A stretch of 64,000 nucleotides of DNA from Rhynchobatus australiae (GCA_034780895.1 JAUZTB010000135.1:80597451-80661450), one strand, 5' to 3'. Positions 12,891-26,400 are shown, numbered from the stretch's first letter. The notes: generated from the sequence alone by a model not told the origin. A program made the numbers and translations.

Positions 12891-15376
12891 ACATTCCCAA
12901 ACCTGTTTTTGAAAGTTTGAATTNNNNNNNNNNNNNNNNNNNNNNNNNNNNNNAAATGCACAATTGTTTAAGTCAACTATTAATCCAAATTAACTTAATT
13001 TGGCTTTAAGTGGTTCCTCTCATGAGTGGAGTTGCTGAACCTGTGCCAGGAAGTTCATACTCCCATGAGGACTCCTACAGCAGAGGGTGGTTGGCAGATC
13101 TGCAGTGAACATGGTCAGGAAGTTTGGGACTTCTACACTTGCGCATCAGTGCGTGGGAGTCCTGAGCTTCCTGACATTTTTATTAGGGAATTGAGTTGTA
13201 CAACATGATCTGTAAACTTGACTAGTTTGCCACAATTGAGTGCCTGGTATTACATTTTTAAATAATTTTCTGATTGCTACTACTGTCTGCACCTTGTTTT
13301 TATGCCACTTAAAACTGTTGGCAGTTTTTCTTCACACAGGCTGTTAGTATAATTCTCAGCATTTTTACCATTTTTGTGCACACGCCAAGCTATTAACTAA
13401 TCATTACACACCAGCAGTGTTTGGTGTTCAATCTTATTTAATGGTTTTTCATTTGGTTTAAGCTAGAATTTGGTCATGCAGTTGATGGTTTGTGAAACTA
13501 ATTCTTTCAATCAGAATTTCTTAAATGCATAATCTCTTGCAAAATGTATCTAAATGCCATGCATAATTGGTTGCACCCCCCCCCCATGTTAAATTAGCTG
13601 TACTGGAATATTTGTGCAATAATTTTTCTCTGGGGATGTGCATTGGACTTTGTTAACTCATGTAATTGATTAGTACCAGCATCATTGAAAATATAATTGG
13701 ATGCTAATAGAGTTGGAGTTTGAGATTTAATGAGTTTTTACATGTCTTTTCTNNNNNNNNNNNNNNNNNNNNNNNNNNNNNNNNNNNNNNNNNNNNNNNN
13801 NNNNNNNNNNNNNNNNNNNNNNNNNNNNNNNNNNNNNNNNNNNNNNNNNNNNTTTTCTATTCAATATTCCCTTCTAATTTAATGACGACGACAGTTAGGT
13901 AAGTGAATAAACCTCATGGATATGAATGAGGAAAATTATCTGAGTAGTATACTGCTTTCCCTTACAAAGGAAACAACATTCCCACTTTTAATCATCACTG
14001 TAAACTACAAATTGTGCTATTATGAACCATGGTGCATTTTAAACTATATGAACTTTCCTTTTCGATCACTTGGAACAGTTTCTAGAAATATACTTCAAAA
14101 ATATATCTATATATTTGCAGCTTGCTTCTTGCTGAAATCATCCCAGATCAAAGGCTTGGGAGGTAGCTTCACTGAATTGCTTTTCTTTGTTCTTTCTCCA
14201 CACCCTCTTTTTTTCCCAATCTCTGCAGCACGTCACTTTTAATTTTAAACCCTAGCATTCCCCTGCTTTTGGGTGGCTGCAAATGCTGAAACCAAAACAG
14301 ACATGAAGATGTAGCAATTGAAAGGCATGGGAGCTGCTGCAAACTGGCTTTAAACAAAATACTTCAGCTGTCCGCAGTGATCATCTCTATCTGACGGGAG
14401 TTGGCAACTCCTAGCCACATCTACTGGATTTTTGAGCAAAATTAAATCAACTGAAATTAATGGGATTTGTATTTTTTTAAATTTCAGCTTGGAATTGACT
14501 CCCTCTTCTAGTAGTATGCCAGTATTACAATGGAAGGATGAAGGCTCAAGTCAAAATTACTTTATTTTTCCTTAATGAGCTTCAACTGGCAGGGCAGACG
14601 GGAAATCTCTCAGAAAACAATTCAATTTCCTTGATTTGTGACTTCTGTGCAGCTGTTGATCACAAATTTTACTCAACATTTTTGAGCAGTGAAGGAATAT
14701 GATTGCTCCCATCCTTAGATTTGTCAGAATAATTTCTAGCCGATTTGGTATAAATCCACATGTCCTTGATTTTTTTTGATCTTGACCTTTTGGTAACTTG
14801 GAGTTTTCCACAATGTTAGTGCCAGGGTTTCTGGGATTTGTCTGTTTCTGTGAAAGTCTGCCAGCAAATCTACTGTTCAACCTACATTAGACCAGGGAAT
14901 TTCCCACAGAGCCTAATGGGCAGAGTGAATTTCTCAGCTATGAAGCTGGGATACCTCCCCACTGAGCCTGTGCCAGTAAGTGCAGCAATAACATTTAAAA
15001 TGTACAAGTGACTGCGAAGGGGAGAAGCAGTAACATTTTTAAGCAAATTAATTTTTTTGAATAATCAGTCATCTGCAGGCACTTAATTTGAATTTGAGCC
15101 TGGGGTGTGACCTTGTCAACTGTCAAAGCTATCTTGAGTGTCTAGCTGGAGCTGGCCTCCAATGGAAGACTGCTAGAAATCTTATGGTTTGAGCACTAGT
15201 GACTAGTGATCTAGGGATAGTTGAAGACTTGTCTCTATTTGCTTTCTTCCTGTTACATTTTGTTTCACCTGCTCCAAGTTTCAGTTGGTCCAAATGGTTG
15301 AAAATTTTACTGCTTAATGTTATGCCTAGCTCAGTTTATGGAGGATCTATTAATTTCTGACTTTTCCTCTTTTCAG

Positions 15377-15475
15377 ACTACCAAGGCATTTCTTCCCAAG
15401 ATGCTGGAAATGAACCATGGACATATTGTAACAGTGGCAAGCTCCCTAGGGTTGTTCAGCACTGCTGGTGTTGAG
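15377..15475 (+). CDS. RDH10: Retinol dehydrogenase 10, internal coding exon (equivalent to human exon 3)
   Basis: ttttcAG acceptor and GT donor; 99 nt, phase 0; translates [33 protein letters not shown], which includes the SDR catalytic Ser region and matches recalled vertebrate RDH10. Confidence 0.96.
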
Positions 15476-15769
15476 GTTTGTCTTTTTTAAAAGCTGTCTT
15501 GCAGAACATTTATTTGCTCTATTTTCCATGAAGTGAAGCAGCATATTGAAGTGTAATCATTCCATATAAAATGAAGTGAAATTGACTTGGTGTGAGTAGA
15601 TACTCTAGATTTTCTAGGCATAGTACTAGTATATCCTCCAAATGTTTCAACTTGTTCTTTAGGTCTGGTCAGTCCCCCACAGCAACCAACTTAAATAAAG
15701 TAATAAAGGTCCCATCCTGCCATAGAACATCAATCTTTTCAGTTGAAGGGGAGGTGGTAGAGATAATGA

Positions 15770-17235
15770 ATAAGATGCAAACTGACAGAGGAGATGCTAG
15801 AAAAGCCAGATACATTTAAAGTAACCGAGTCAGAAGGGGAGCATCCAAAGTTGCTTTGTGAGGTTAGGGTGGAAGTTGCAGAAGGGCTTGCAAAATTCTT
15901 CCAACCTGCCCCAGGAGCAAGGAAGATGTCAAAGTAACTGGAAGATGCTCAAAAAAAGGAGTGCATGACATGCCAGGTAATGCAGGCTAGTCAACTTAAT
16001 CTCAGGTGTCAGGAAGCATTTTAAAATAATAAAGGAAAGTATTAAAAGGCACTTAGAAATGTTTCAGTTGACAAAGAGACACAAATTTATTGAAGGTAAA
16101 TTATGTTTGATTAACCTGATTTTTTTTTTGTTTTGATGAAGGGAATACAGTGGATGAGATTTGAAGTCTCACACAAGGCTGATGAGTAAAATTGAGATAC
16201 AAGGAATTAAAGGATCATTTGTGACATGGATTTGGAAATGGGCTTCAAGAGAAAAAGCAAATTACTTGCACATGGATGTGCAGGATACAATTTCCAAATT
16301 TGCAGGGTGACACAAAACTTCAAAGTGTGTAAAATAATGAAATGGATAGTAGCACACTGCAGGAAGGCAGGGATACATAGAGTATGCTGTCAGAATGGGC
16401 AGATAAATGCAGATAAAATTTAATGCAGAAGTGTGAAGTGATACGTTTTAGCGGAGAGAAAAATCAAGGAAAAACAATACAGACTAAATGGTACAGTTCT
16501 AAGGGTGTTGAGTTACAGAGGGTGCTGGGTGTACTTGTGCATAAATCATTGAAAGCAATTNNNNNNNNNNNNNNNNNNNNNNNNNNNNNNNNNNNNNNNN
16601 NNNNNNNNNNNNNNNNNNNNNNNNNNNNNNNNNNNNNNNNNNNNNNNNNNNNNNNNNNNNACATGTGCATAAATCATTGAAAGCAATTGCTCTTGCATTT
16701 GTAATCCAGGGAGAAATAAATAGAGGCTGAAATGACAAAAGCAGGAGTTATGATTAACCTGCACAAAAACGCTGCCAGGATGGACCATTGTGACTAAGTC
16801 TAATTAGCACACCTTACAGGATCTTCACATCCTTCCTTGAAAAGGTGTAGAAAAAACTTATTGGAATAGTTCTAGAGATGGGTATTTCAGCCTAAAATGG
16901 AGCTTAAAATAGAGAATCAGGGATAGTCTTCCTTGAAGTAAAAGCTGAGATTGAAGTGTATAAAACCATGATAGGATTGGATAGGGGGTAAATAGATGGA
17001 CCGGGGAAATGATTTAAAGTTTTGGCCAAAAGATACAAGGGGATAGCTGGGATCATAGTGTGCAAAAGGTGGTGGAATTAGAATCAATTTGTACTTTCAA
17101 TTAGAATTTGGATAGGCAACTGACAGTGATCAATTTTCAAGGTTTTGGGGGAAACCTGGGGAATCTTACTGATGAGATTGCTCTACAAAGTTAACGTACA
17201 GACTCACTGAGATGAATGACTCCTTTGTTTATGAT
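15770..17235 (+). mobile_element. Old CR1 LINE ORF2 remnant
   Basis: Decayed CR1 RT motifs (KLCLINL, SKFAGDTK, KCEVIRF, QRVLGVLVHKSLK). Confidence 0.75.
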
Positions 17236-17689
17236 TCAAATATTTTCTCCCTTAAGATCTTGGCATAATTTCTGCAGCCCGTACAGCAATTCTTCTATAC
17301 AGTCTTCTCTAATTTGTGGTAGGAAGTTCTTTGTTCTTATTTATGAAGAAGATAGTTGCATCAGCCATGTGCTGTTTGAATGTGACTTAACGCACGCAAT
17401 CCATAATCTTCTGCACAAGTTGGGTAATCATTGAGTTCCAGATAATTATCTTCCATTAAGGGCTTGTTGGAGACATTGCCAACCAACTTGCATTAATACT
17501 ACTGATCACTGACAACTTTATGGACCATTTCAAACAAAGTTACCACTAAAGTGACAGCTGCAGTTATAACTTGTGTCTGACAGGTTACAAAACTAGACTT
17601 ACAATGTCTCCAACTGTTATCTTCTATTGATACCTATACAAAAAAGTAAAGCATACTGTGAACAATTTCTAATTGCAATTACTTTGAAA

Positions 17690-18340
17690 TTACAAAGTTG
17701 CCTCACAGTGGATTGGGTAGTCAAAGCTTATGGGATGTTAGCTTTCATAAGTCGGGGGATCAAGTTTAAGAGCCATGAAGTGATGATGCAGCTTTACAAA
17801 ACTCTGGTTAGGCCACACCTAGAGTACCGTGTCCAGTTCTGGTCGCCTCATTATAGGAAGGATGTGGAAGCATTAGAAAGGGTGCAGAGGAGATTTACCA
17901 GGATGCTGCATGGATTAGAGAGTATGGATTATAAGGAGAGACTAAAGGAGCTAGGGCTGCTCTCATTGGAGAGACGGAGGATGAGGGGAAACATGAGAGG
18001 TATACAAGATATTGAGAGGAATAGATAGTGGACAGCCAGTGCCTCTTTCCCAGGGCACCAACGTTCAGAACAAGAGGGCATGGCTTTATGGTAATGGGTG
18101 GGAAGTTCAAGGAAGATGTCGGAGGTTTTTCACCCAGAGAGTGGTTGGGGCATGGAATACGCTACCTGGGGTGGTGGTGGAGGCTGATACATTGGACAAG
18201 TTCAAGAGATTGTTAGGTAAGCGTATGGAGGAATTTAAAATAGGGAGATATGTGGGAGGAAGAGGTTAATTAGTCTTAGTTTGAAGGGTGGAACAAGGTG
18301 GGCCAAGGGGCCTGTATTGTGCTGTATTGTTCTATGGTTT
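17690..18340 (+). mobile_element. CR1 LINE 3' end, relatively young
   Basis: KAYGMLAFISRGI...YKTLVRPHLEYRVQFWSPHYRKDVEALERVQRRFTRML; CR1 tail gggcctgtattgtgctgtattgttctatg. Confidence 0.92.
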
Positions 18341-18509
18341 AGTCCAACTGTTTATATTTCTATTGCTCCACTCTTGAGCAGATGGGAAAACTTGTCCCCC
18401 TTCTGTCTGCATTTGAGGAACAAATCTTCAATGGACCACAGCAGCAATGAAGATGGAAGAAAGATTTGTGATTTATGCCTTAAATGTAGTCAAACTCTCT
18501 AGTCTATTT

Positions 18510-19850
18510 AGAACAGAACATTTCATAGTACAGGCCCTTCAGCCCACACTGTTGTCAACATATTGTCCTTCTCTAAGATCTATTTAACCCTTCCTTTCTA
18601 CATAGCCCTCCATTTTTCTATCATTCATGTGGCTATTTAAGAGTCTCTTAAATGCCCCTAATGTATCTGTCTCCTCCACCTCTGCCAGCAGTGTGTTCCA
18701 TGCACCCATCACTCTGTGCTTGGGGGTGGGGGAGGAAATCATCTCTGGCATCTTTTTTTTTCCCCCCCAACATCCCTTCATTGAATCACCTTAAAATTAT
18801 GTCCCCTTGTGTCTTGTGTTAGCCATTTTCACCCTGGGGGGGGAAGTCTCTTAACTGTCCACTTGATCTATGCCTCCTATCTTGTACACCTCTGAAGTCA
18901 GCTCTCGTCCTCTTTTCTCCAAAGAGAAGCCCTAGCTCGCTCAACCTATCCTCATAAGATGTGGTCTCCAATCCAGGCAGCATCCTGGTAAATCTCTTCT
19001 GCACCCTCTAAAGCTTCCACATCCTCCTTGTGAGCTGATCAGAACTGAACACAATACTCCTAATGTGGTCTAGCCGGAGTTTTATAGAGCTGCAACATTA
19101 CCTTGTGGCTCTTGAACTCAATACCCAGACTAATGAAGGTGAACATGCCATACACCTTAATGACCCTATCAACCTGCACAGCAACCTTGAGGGATGTAAG
19201 GATGTGGATCCCAAGATCCCTCTGTTCCTCCACACTGAATCCTGCCATCAACCTTGTATTCTATCTTCAAATTTGATCTTCCAAAGTGTATATCTCTTCA
19301 CACTTTCCTGGGTTGAAGTCCATCTGCCACTTCTCAGCCCAGCTTGACATCCTATCAAGTCCTGTTGTAACCTATAGCAACCTTCTACGCTATCCACACC
19401 ACCACTAACCTTCATGTCATCTGCAGACTTAGTAACCCACCCTCCCACATCCTCTTCCAAGTCGTTTTATAAAAATCAGAGCAGAAGTCCCAGAACAGAA
19501 CCTGGCAAAACATCACTGGTCACTGACCTCCAGTCAGAATACGCTCCATCTACCACCACCCTCTGTCTTTTATGGGCAAGCCAATTCTGAATCCATGCAG
19601 CTGAGTTTCTCTGGATCCCATGCCTTGTGACTTTCTGAATGAGCCTTCCATGGGGAACCTTGTTAAAAGCCTTACTAAAATCCATGTACTACATCCACTG
19701 TTTTAATGTCATAAACATGCTTTTCACATCAGCCATGCTGTGAAATTCAATCAGGCTCGTGAGGCACTGCCTGCCTCTCTCAAAGCCATGCTGACTGTCC
19801 TTAATCAGCCTATGCTTCTCCAAATGCCCATAAATCCTGTCTCTAAGTCT
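18510..19850 (-). mobile_element. CR1 LINE 3' portion
   Basis: MDFSKAFNKVPHGRLIQK, PGSVLG, KSADDMK and QKRFTRMLPGL motifs with frameshifts. Confidence 0.92.
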
Positions 19851-20689
19851 TCAGTATTTGAGCTTCATGATCACCTGCAACCTGGTGACCTCTTAACGTG
19901 TACCCTCTTAAAGCTAGTGCATCTCTGCATTGCACAAATGTTCAATGTATTATCTTCTACCTAGGTTTCTTTCTTATTCTAGTCCAACTGTCTTTAAAAG
20001 CAAAGTCATCAGTTTTGACACTGGCTCAGCAAACAACAATTCCTTAATCTCTTTTAGCTGAATACTAAGTGGTTGTTGCAGCCTTGTCTAACGTATTAAT
20101 GACAGTCATGGTCTGCATTGTCACCTTTCATTAACTTCTATCTTCCCTGAATTGGGCCTCTTACAACTGGTCTGCTATTCTTTCGTGTACACCGGTCTTG
20201 AATCCATTTACAATGGTGCCATCCTGGGCTAATTAAGATCTGCATAAGCAGAAGAACTGGGACGCCAAATGTATGGGCAACGTGTGTGTGTGTATGCTCT
20301 GACCTTCACCCCAACTCCCCAACTTGATTTTGTAGGAGACTAGTCAAACTTGATCAGGTAACAGTCTTCTATTTCCCTCAAACTGAAGCTAGGTTGTAGT
20401 TCATCTGTGATCTAGAAGTTGATTGACAGTTATTTTTTTAATAGAAAAAAATAAGGTGACTGCTGGGGAAACAGCTTCTCTACTCAAATGTATGTGTAGT
20501 AAGTTTCAGTGCCATTTAATATTGTGGAAAGCAAAGCAGTTCTTTTAAATGGAGTTCTTCTATTTAATGGCAAAAAGAATGCAAAGGAACAATATGGTCA
20601 AAATTCAAAGGCTCAAAATTCTGAGAAGAATCTAGAGACTTTTTAACCACTTTTAAAAGAGCATCACGGCCTTTTAGCCTTGCTGGTCT

Positions 20690-20945
20690 TCATTCAGTTA
20701 TGGGAATGTGGGCATCACTAAAAGGCAGTCGATGTTGACCTTGGTGGTGGTGGTGAGTCACTGCCTTTAAACTGCTAAAGTCTTTATGGTGAAGGTAATC
20801 CCAATCCTTTGGATAAGGAGTTCCAGGATTTGGACAAATGGCAATGAAATACTAATTTATATGTATTTCCAAGTTGGGGTGGTGCATGATTTTTGAAGCA
20901 GTGATGTTCCTATCTACCCACAGTCCTTATTCTCTTTGCCATTGA
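20690..20945 (-). mobile_element. LINE 3' fragment (CR1/L2 group)
   Basis: Similar to 34940-35270, 37350-37620 and 46650-46870. Confidence 0.5.
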
Positions 20946-20969
20946 ATATCCAGGCTAAATGGTTATAAA

Positions 20970-21535
20970 ACTAGAGGATGGTTACAGCATGGGAGGTGGC
21001 CATTTGGTCTCCATCTGTTGTAGCTTTCCACCAGAGTAACTCCACTTCCACCCAGTAGCCCATCCTTGCAATTTTCACTTGTACACTCCCCTCCTAAAAA
21101 GCCAAAGTGGAACCTACACTTCCAGATTTCCATTCATGTGCTGTATTTATGAAGAATTTTGCTCATCACTCTCAATTTTCTTCCACTTGCACCTGCCCTC
21201 AGTAGTAGCTCCCCTTTACCAAAGGAAACAGCCTCCCGCTGTCAACTATGTCCAAACCACCTCATCATTTATCTATCAATTCTACCTTTATCTGTCTCCA
21301 AAGAAAACAATCCCAGCCTCTAATCAGTTTTTGTAACTATGACTGTGGTTCTTTTATCCCAGGAACCATTCTCCAATCATTTGTAGACTTTTTTAAATGC
21401 CTTCATATTCTTTCTATATTATGGCCACTAGAATTGAGCACAATACTTGCTGAGGCTGAACCACTGTTTTATAATGGTTCCACATAATTTCCCACTTTTG
21501 TTCTCCATTGATAAGTGCCAGAATTGTGTATTGAG
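20970..21535 (-). mobile_element. Degraded CR1 3' fragment
   Basis: Reverse-complement remnants of the QFWSP / RFTRMVPG region (ccaggaaccattctc, gccactagaattgagcacaatact). Confidence 0.55.
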
Positions 21536-21829
21536 GACCACTAGAATTGAGTCCCATTGAAAGGTTCAACCCAAAATGCCAACTGTCTAATTCCCTCTAC
21601 AAGTGCTGCCTGATATGCTGTTCCTCCAGCAGCTTGTTTATTTTTGCTCCAAATTCCAACATCTGCATTCACCAGAATGGTATACGCTTCATCACTTTCT
21701 TTAACTGACCTATTTTTATTAATTCCCCTGCACACATTACGTTCTCTTTCTTAAGGTCTCTCTGCACCTGTGTCCCTTTTAACAATAGTAGTCTTCTACA
21801 CTTCGTACAAAAAAAAAACTTTGGCTAAG

Positions 21830-22050
21830 ACATCTAGGCCTAGAAGTTGCTCCATGCTATTTTTGAGTTGCCATACTGTTTTGGTGAAAAATGGAACAAA
21901 ACTTCAATTGCAAGGTTCACAGAACAATATTGGGTTTCCTTGTGTAATACCAGACTGAACCTAATTTGTTTCAGTGCAATGTGTTCTCTATTGGTGTTAC
22001 AAATACTTGCAGTTAATATGTAGACAGCAGATTGCAAACAACTTGCTATA
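21830..22050. repeat. Unclassified interspersed repeat, inverted relative to 52140-52310
   Basis: ttgcaaggttcacagaacaatattgggtttccttgtgtaa versus ttacacagaaaaatccaacaatgctgttctgtgaatcttgcaa. Confidence 0.65.
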
Positions 22051-22079
22051 ATGCAAAAAGAAGTGCTCTTCCAGCAAAA

Positions 22080-22490
22080 CTAATAGAGCACAAAAAATAG
22101 AACTCAGTTGATCAAGCAGCATCTGTAGTGGCAAAGGGATGGTTGATGTTTTCTACATGGGCCTTGCCAACACAAGGGCACATCAAGCAAACTGAATGCT
22201 GGCCCGTTTGGAGGAGCTGTACATGAATCTCTAGCTCAGCTGGAATACAGCCCAATGATATGTTCATAAATGTCCCATTTCAGGTAACTCTTCTCTCTCC
22301 CACCTATCTTTTTTTTCTCTTTCTCCCCCTCCCTGGCCGACCCAGTGTTCATTTTCCATTCCCACCAGTCCACCCAAGATCTCTCCCTTTTGACCTTCTC
22401 CATCCTTCCACACAACCCCCCCCCATCATTACCAAGATTCATCACCCTCCACCACTTGTTTCCAGCTGCCCCATCACTCCCTTAACTGAT
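22080..22490. mobile_element. Penelope fragment: inverted pLTR plus 3' end and pyrimidine-rich UTR
   Basis: caagcagcatctgt pLTR motif; endonuclease C-terminus-like segment (ttggaggagc...cagcccaatg...ttcaggtaa); CT-rich tract. Confidence 0.5.
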
Positions 22491-23227
22491 NNNNNNNNNN
22501 NNNNCTGTCTTGCCCTCTCTCTACTGCAAATGATGTCAACATTAGTGTGAAGTACAAATTATGCATGTTCTAGTGGGAGAAAAGATGGCAGAGAGTGAAA
22601 ATCCTTCCAAAAAAAGGAGATTTATTTACTAGTGGGTGCTAAGATGCAAGGTGTGCAAAATTGCTTGGTACTGGGCTAGCAGTTTCCACAGCATGGTGGT
22701 GCTTCTCCCTGTCCTGTTTGTCTGAATTTCAAGCCACATGTAAAGCTTTGTGAGCATAACTTTTGAATTTTTTTTTCTTCTCTATCCCCAATTGAACAGT
22801 TTTTAATTCGCATGTAGTGTTTAGTTAATACTTAATTGATTTTTCTCAATTCCATTTACAAATGGACAATGGAAAAATGTGTTGAGATTTAATGTCTGTG
22901 TGTGAAAATATTTGCCCACCCTGGCTCCTCCACTAACCCATGATCTAAAATTTTTGGTATTGCCATCTACCTTGTGCTTCTATGCAGTAGTGTTTCTTTT
23001 CCACTTGCACCTTTTCCTCCCTTGTCTGATCAGTCACAATGCCTGGAGTTTTTAAAAATTTAAGGATCTTATGCACTCTTAAAGTACTATCAGTCCTCTC
23101 CTACAGCTTGTAGGCCATTGCTGTTAACTTGTGCTGACACATCTTACCATGAACCAAGCATGCACTTGATTGAGCATGTTAGTTGAGATGAAAAATGTTC
23201 TGATTTATTCATTATTATGCCATTTAG

Positions 23228-23373
23228 GATTACTGTGCAAGCAAATTTGGAGCAATAGGATTTCATGAATCCTTAAGCCATGAGTTGAAGGCAACTGACA
23301 AAGATGGGATCAAGATGACACTAGTTTGCCCCTATTTGGTGGACACAGGCATGTTCCGTGGCTGCAGAATAAG
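23228..23373 (+). CDS. RDH10: Retinol dehydrogenase 10, internal coding exon (exon 4) with catalytic YxxxK
   Basis: tttAG...GTgag; 146 nt; [48 protein letters not shown](R); YCASK motif intact; in phase with neighbouring exons. Confidence 0.97.
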
Positions 23374-25956
23374 GTGAGATAGTTGAATTATTCAGTCCAA
23401 TTTTAAATTGTATTAGTGAGAAGAGAACAAAAGGCTAACTCTACAGAAAATATGGTCTTGTACGTTCCACACTGAACTTTGTCTGAATGTGAAACTTACC
23501 TAAAGCAGCTTCTAAGCATATGGTCCAAGATGTTTTCTATATGCTGTGATAAAACCAATAATTTGGTGCGATTAGGGCTATGGCAGACTGGCAGGTTTTT
23601 CAGCCTGTTGAATGTTACTCCCATCAGTACTCCAAACACTTAATTTACTTTATTGGAAGTTGCACCATGTGTTCCAGTGAATGTGGCAAGTTGAAAGGGA
23701 ACATGGCAAACTTGCCTTGTGAGCCAGATGCTGAGCTTTTGGCATTTCCAAATGGTCAGGTAGCAGATCAAAGCTTTACCATACTATCAAAAATATTTCA
23801 ATGTTTGGAGGAAGATAGAGTTTTTTTGAACTCAACACTATTGAACTGGAGATCTAAAAGTGTCACATTAAGAATTCTTAATAAAGAATTNNNNNNNNNN
23901 NNNNNNNNNNNNNGTTCAGAATCTTTGTTTTGAATTCTGAATGAACTTTTTGTCTATCATTTGCTTTCTGTAATTGCTTTGCAGTTAGTTGGTTTTGTCC
24001 ATAAATTGATTTACTTTTAAAATGTGCATCAGACAACAACTTCCCTTGTATTGCTGTGCTAATGTATTGGTAAAACATACAATGGCAACTAAAGGTGATT
24101 ATGCTAATTGGAATTTGAAATGTTGTACATTTTTAAAAAATTATAAGCATCCATTATTCTAAGATGTAGTTGTGGCTTAACAGTAAGAGACTCTACACTG
24201 TCAGATTGAATGCAGTATAGTCTTGAGATTTGTACACCTTGCCTGGAATTTTGTCAGAATTCAAAGCACTTCATGTGCAATAAATTATTTGAAATGGGTG
24301 GCATGGACTAGTTGGGCTGGAAGGGCCTGTTACCACGCTGTAAATTTAAATTTTTTAAAGTGTAGTGTTATTAATTGTCTAGATTGGCCTTTTTAATAGA
24401 AGAACCAATTGAACAGAGGTCCCCACTGGACAGTAAAAAGATGAATGGCTGCTTAATCTTTTAAAGATAGTTGAGAGGTGAATATTGGCTGCCACATGCT
24501 TTAATAAATATATGCACTTAATATTCTAGAATAAAGGTGTAGCTGAAAATTAATTTTGTATGTTTTGGTAATTAAGTGCCATTACTTAGAGGTGAAAGAT
24601 GTTTGTCTTGCCAAAACCAAGTTTTGCTACACCTACAAAGTGTGAAACAATTTTTGTTACTTCAGGCCACAAAAATGCAGTGGAAAAACCACATTTTCAA
24701 ATGAGATTTCTGATTACAACACTGCAGGTGTGCACCAGCTTCAGAAAGTGCTTCGTTCCTGGAGACCAATTTAGCTGCCAGTGGAAAAGTAATAAATTAG
24801 ACTTCCAGTGACTGTCAAGTCCAGATAAAACAACATTTATAGTACCAGTAACAAAGTACTTTCACTTTGTTCACAATAATGACTCATTGAGATTGAAGTT
24901 TGGATGCATTGGGATTTCTGGGGAAACTTCCTAGTAAACTGGAAAATTTTTGACCTTGTGAAAAGCCTTTTAATCAATGAAATAAAACTTGAACTTTGCA
25001 GGTTTGCTTTCATGGAAACCTTTTTTTCATCAGTTGATAAATAACATTTGGAGTTGAACCTGCTGCCTTTGTGGTCAAACTTTCTGAAACCTGATCTAGC
25101 TGGCATTTAGCAATGTTTTCAAGACCTGATTTTTTTTAATACTAGATCTTGACTGACTTCTAATTTTGTAGGTTAAATACTGACTTTTTAATACTGTACT
25201 AGATCTTGGATGGCTAAATTTGGGGGGAGGGGTGGGAAGAGGAGGAGGGAGAGAGGAAATAAGTTCTTGCTGTAGCAGGACAAAGGATATGAATAGTCTT
25301 TGGGGTCCCAAGTCCAGAACCACTGCCAGTATAGCTGTTTTATTTTACAGCCACTCCTTAGCTTTGTTTTTCTGAGGAATTTTTTTTGTTTGCTCAGCAT
25401 TTCAGGTTGCACTGTAAATGCTTTTTGTGAAATTTCTGATCTCAGAATTGTGGTGTCATTGAAATCTGATCCTGCTAATTTGATGCTTTTGCATTGTAAT
25501 AGTCTTAAACTAACTGATCTATTTCATTTCTTTGCTAAATGCCTGATTCAAATCAGACCAATTGGAAGATCTGTTCAAGCCCAACTTGCTGGTATGGAAT
25601 AGAACTGTTACTAAAACTGGAGTGAAATCTTTGCTCATGTACAGCACAAGAGGCAGAGAATTGGTTGAATAGTCTTTTGCTCTTTTTTTGTTTATTAATT
25701 TAGACTCCTTTTTTAATCTTTTTTCCTTCCTACTCTGGTGTACAAGTATCAAGTGGTATCTTCTCCACCCCCCCCCCTCCCATACTACCACATGGGTGTC
25801 CTATAATTGTACAGGATAACCTCCCTGTTCATCTTTTAAAAGCTACTAGTTCAGTAATACTTGGTGCTTTTTTGTAATGCACTATTGATAGAAATGAATT
25901 TTGAGATTAATCTTTGTATAACAATCAAAAGAACTTCTAAAACTTTTATCTTGCAG

Positions 25957-26088
25957 GAAAGAATTTGAGCCCTTCCTTCCGCCTTTGAAACCAGAGTACT
26001 GTGTGAAAGAAGCTATGAGAGCCATACTCACAGACCAGCCAATGATTTGCACACCTCGACTAATGTATACTGTAACATTTATGAAGAG
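25957..26088 (+). CDS. RDH10: Retinol dehydrogenase 10, internal coding exon (exon 5)
   Basis: ttgcAG...GTaag; 132 nt; (R)[43 protein letters not shown](S). Confidence 0.96.
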
Positions 26089-26302
26089 GTAAGTAGATAA
26101 GGGTTTAAAAAAAAATGGATTCCTTATCCAGTAATGTGCAAGAGTTACATTTTAGACACTTGGGTTCTATGAAATACTTTGTGAAAATGAACATTTCAAC
26201 AAAAATTTTATAGGTTGAACTTGTTTATGAAGAATTGAGGATGGTACTTTCCTGGGCAATGCAAATCCCTTTTGGAGGCAAATGGTATGGGTTTTGTCTC
26301 CT

Positions 26303-26400
26303 TCCCAGTTCTGATGAAGCACCTTTGATCTGAAACTTTAACATTTTTTTTCACACATACTACCTAACCTGTTTTAATGTTTATAGTATCTACAGGTTTT
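26303..26400 (+). mobile_element. Penelope pLTR fragment with minimal hammerhead core
   Basis: CAGTT-CTGATGA-agcacctttgatct-GAAAC-tttaac followed by pLTR-like sequence. Confidence 0.6.

Noticed and set aside
1-15376. Search for RDH10 exons 1-2 (TGxxxGxG and NNAG motifs)
   Set aside because: Not found; presumably upstream of the window, so this stretch is treated as intron
16536-16690. 25-bp direct repeat tgtgcataaatcattgaaagcaatt on both sides of a 100-N gap
   Set aside because: Typical unmerged contig overlap rather than a biological repeat
17627-18028. 133-aa ORF as a host gene
   Set aside because: CR1 ORF2 C-terminal fragment with a frameshift
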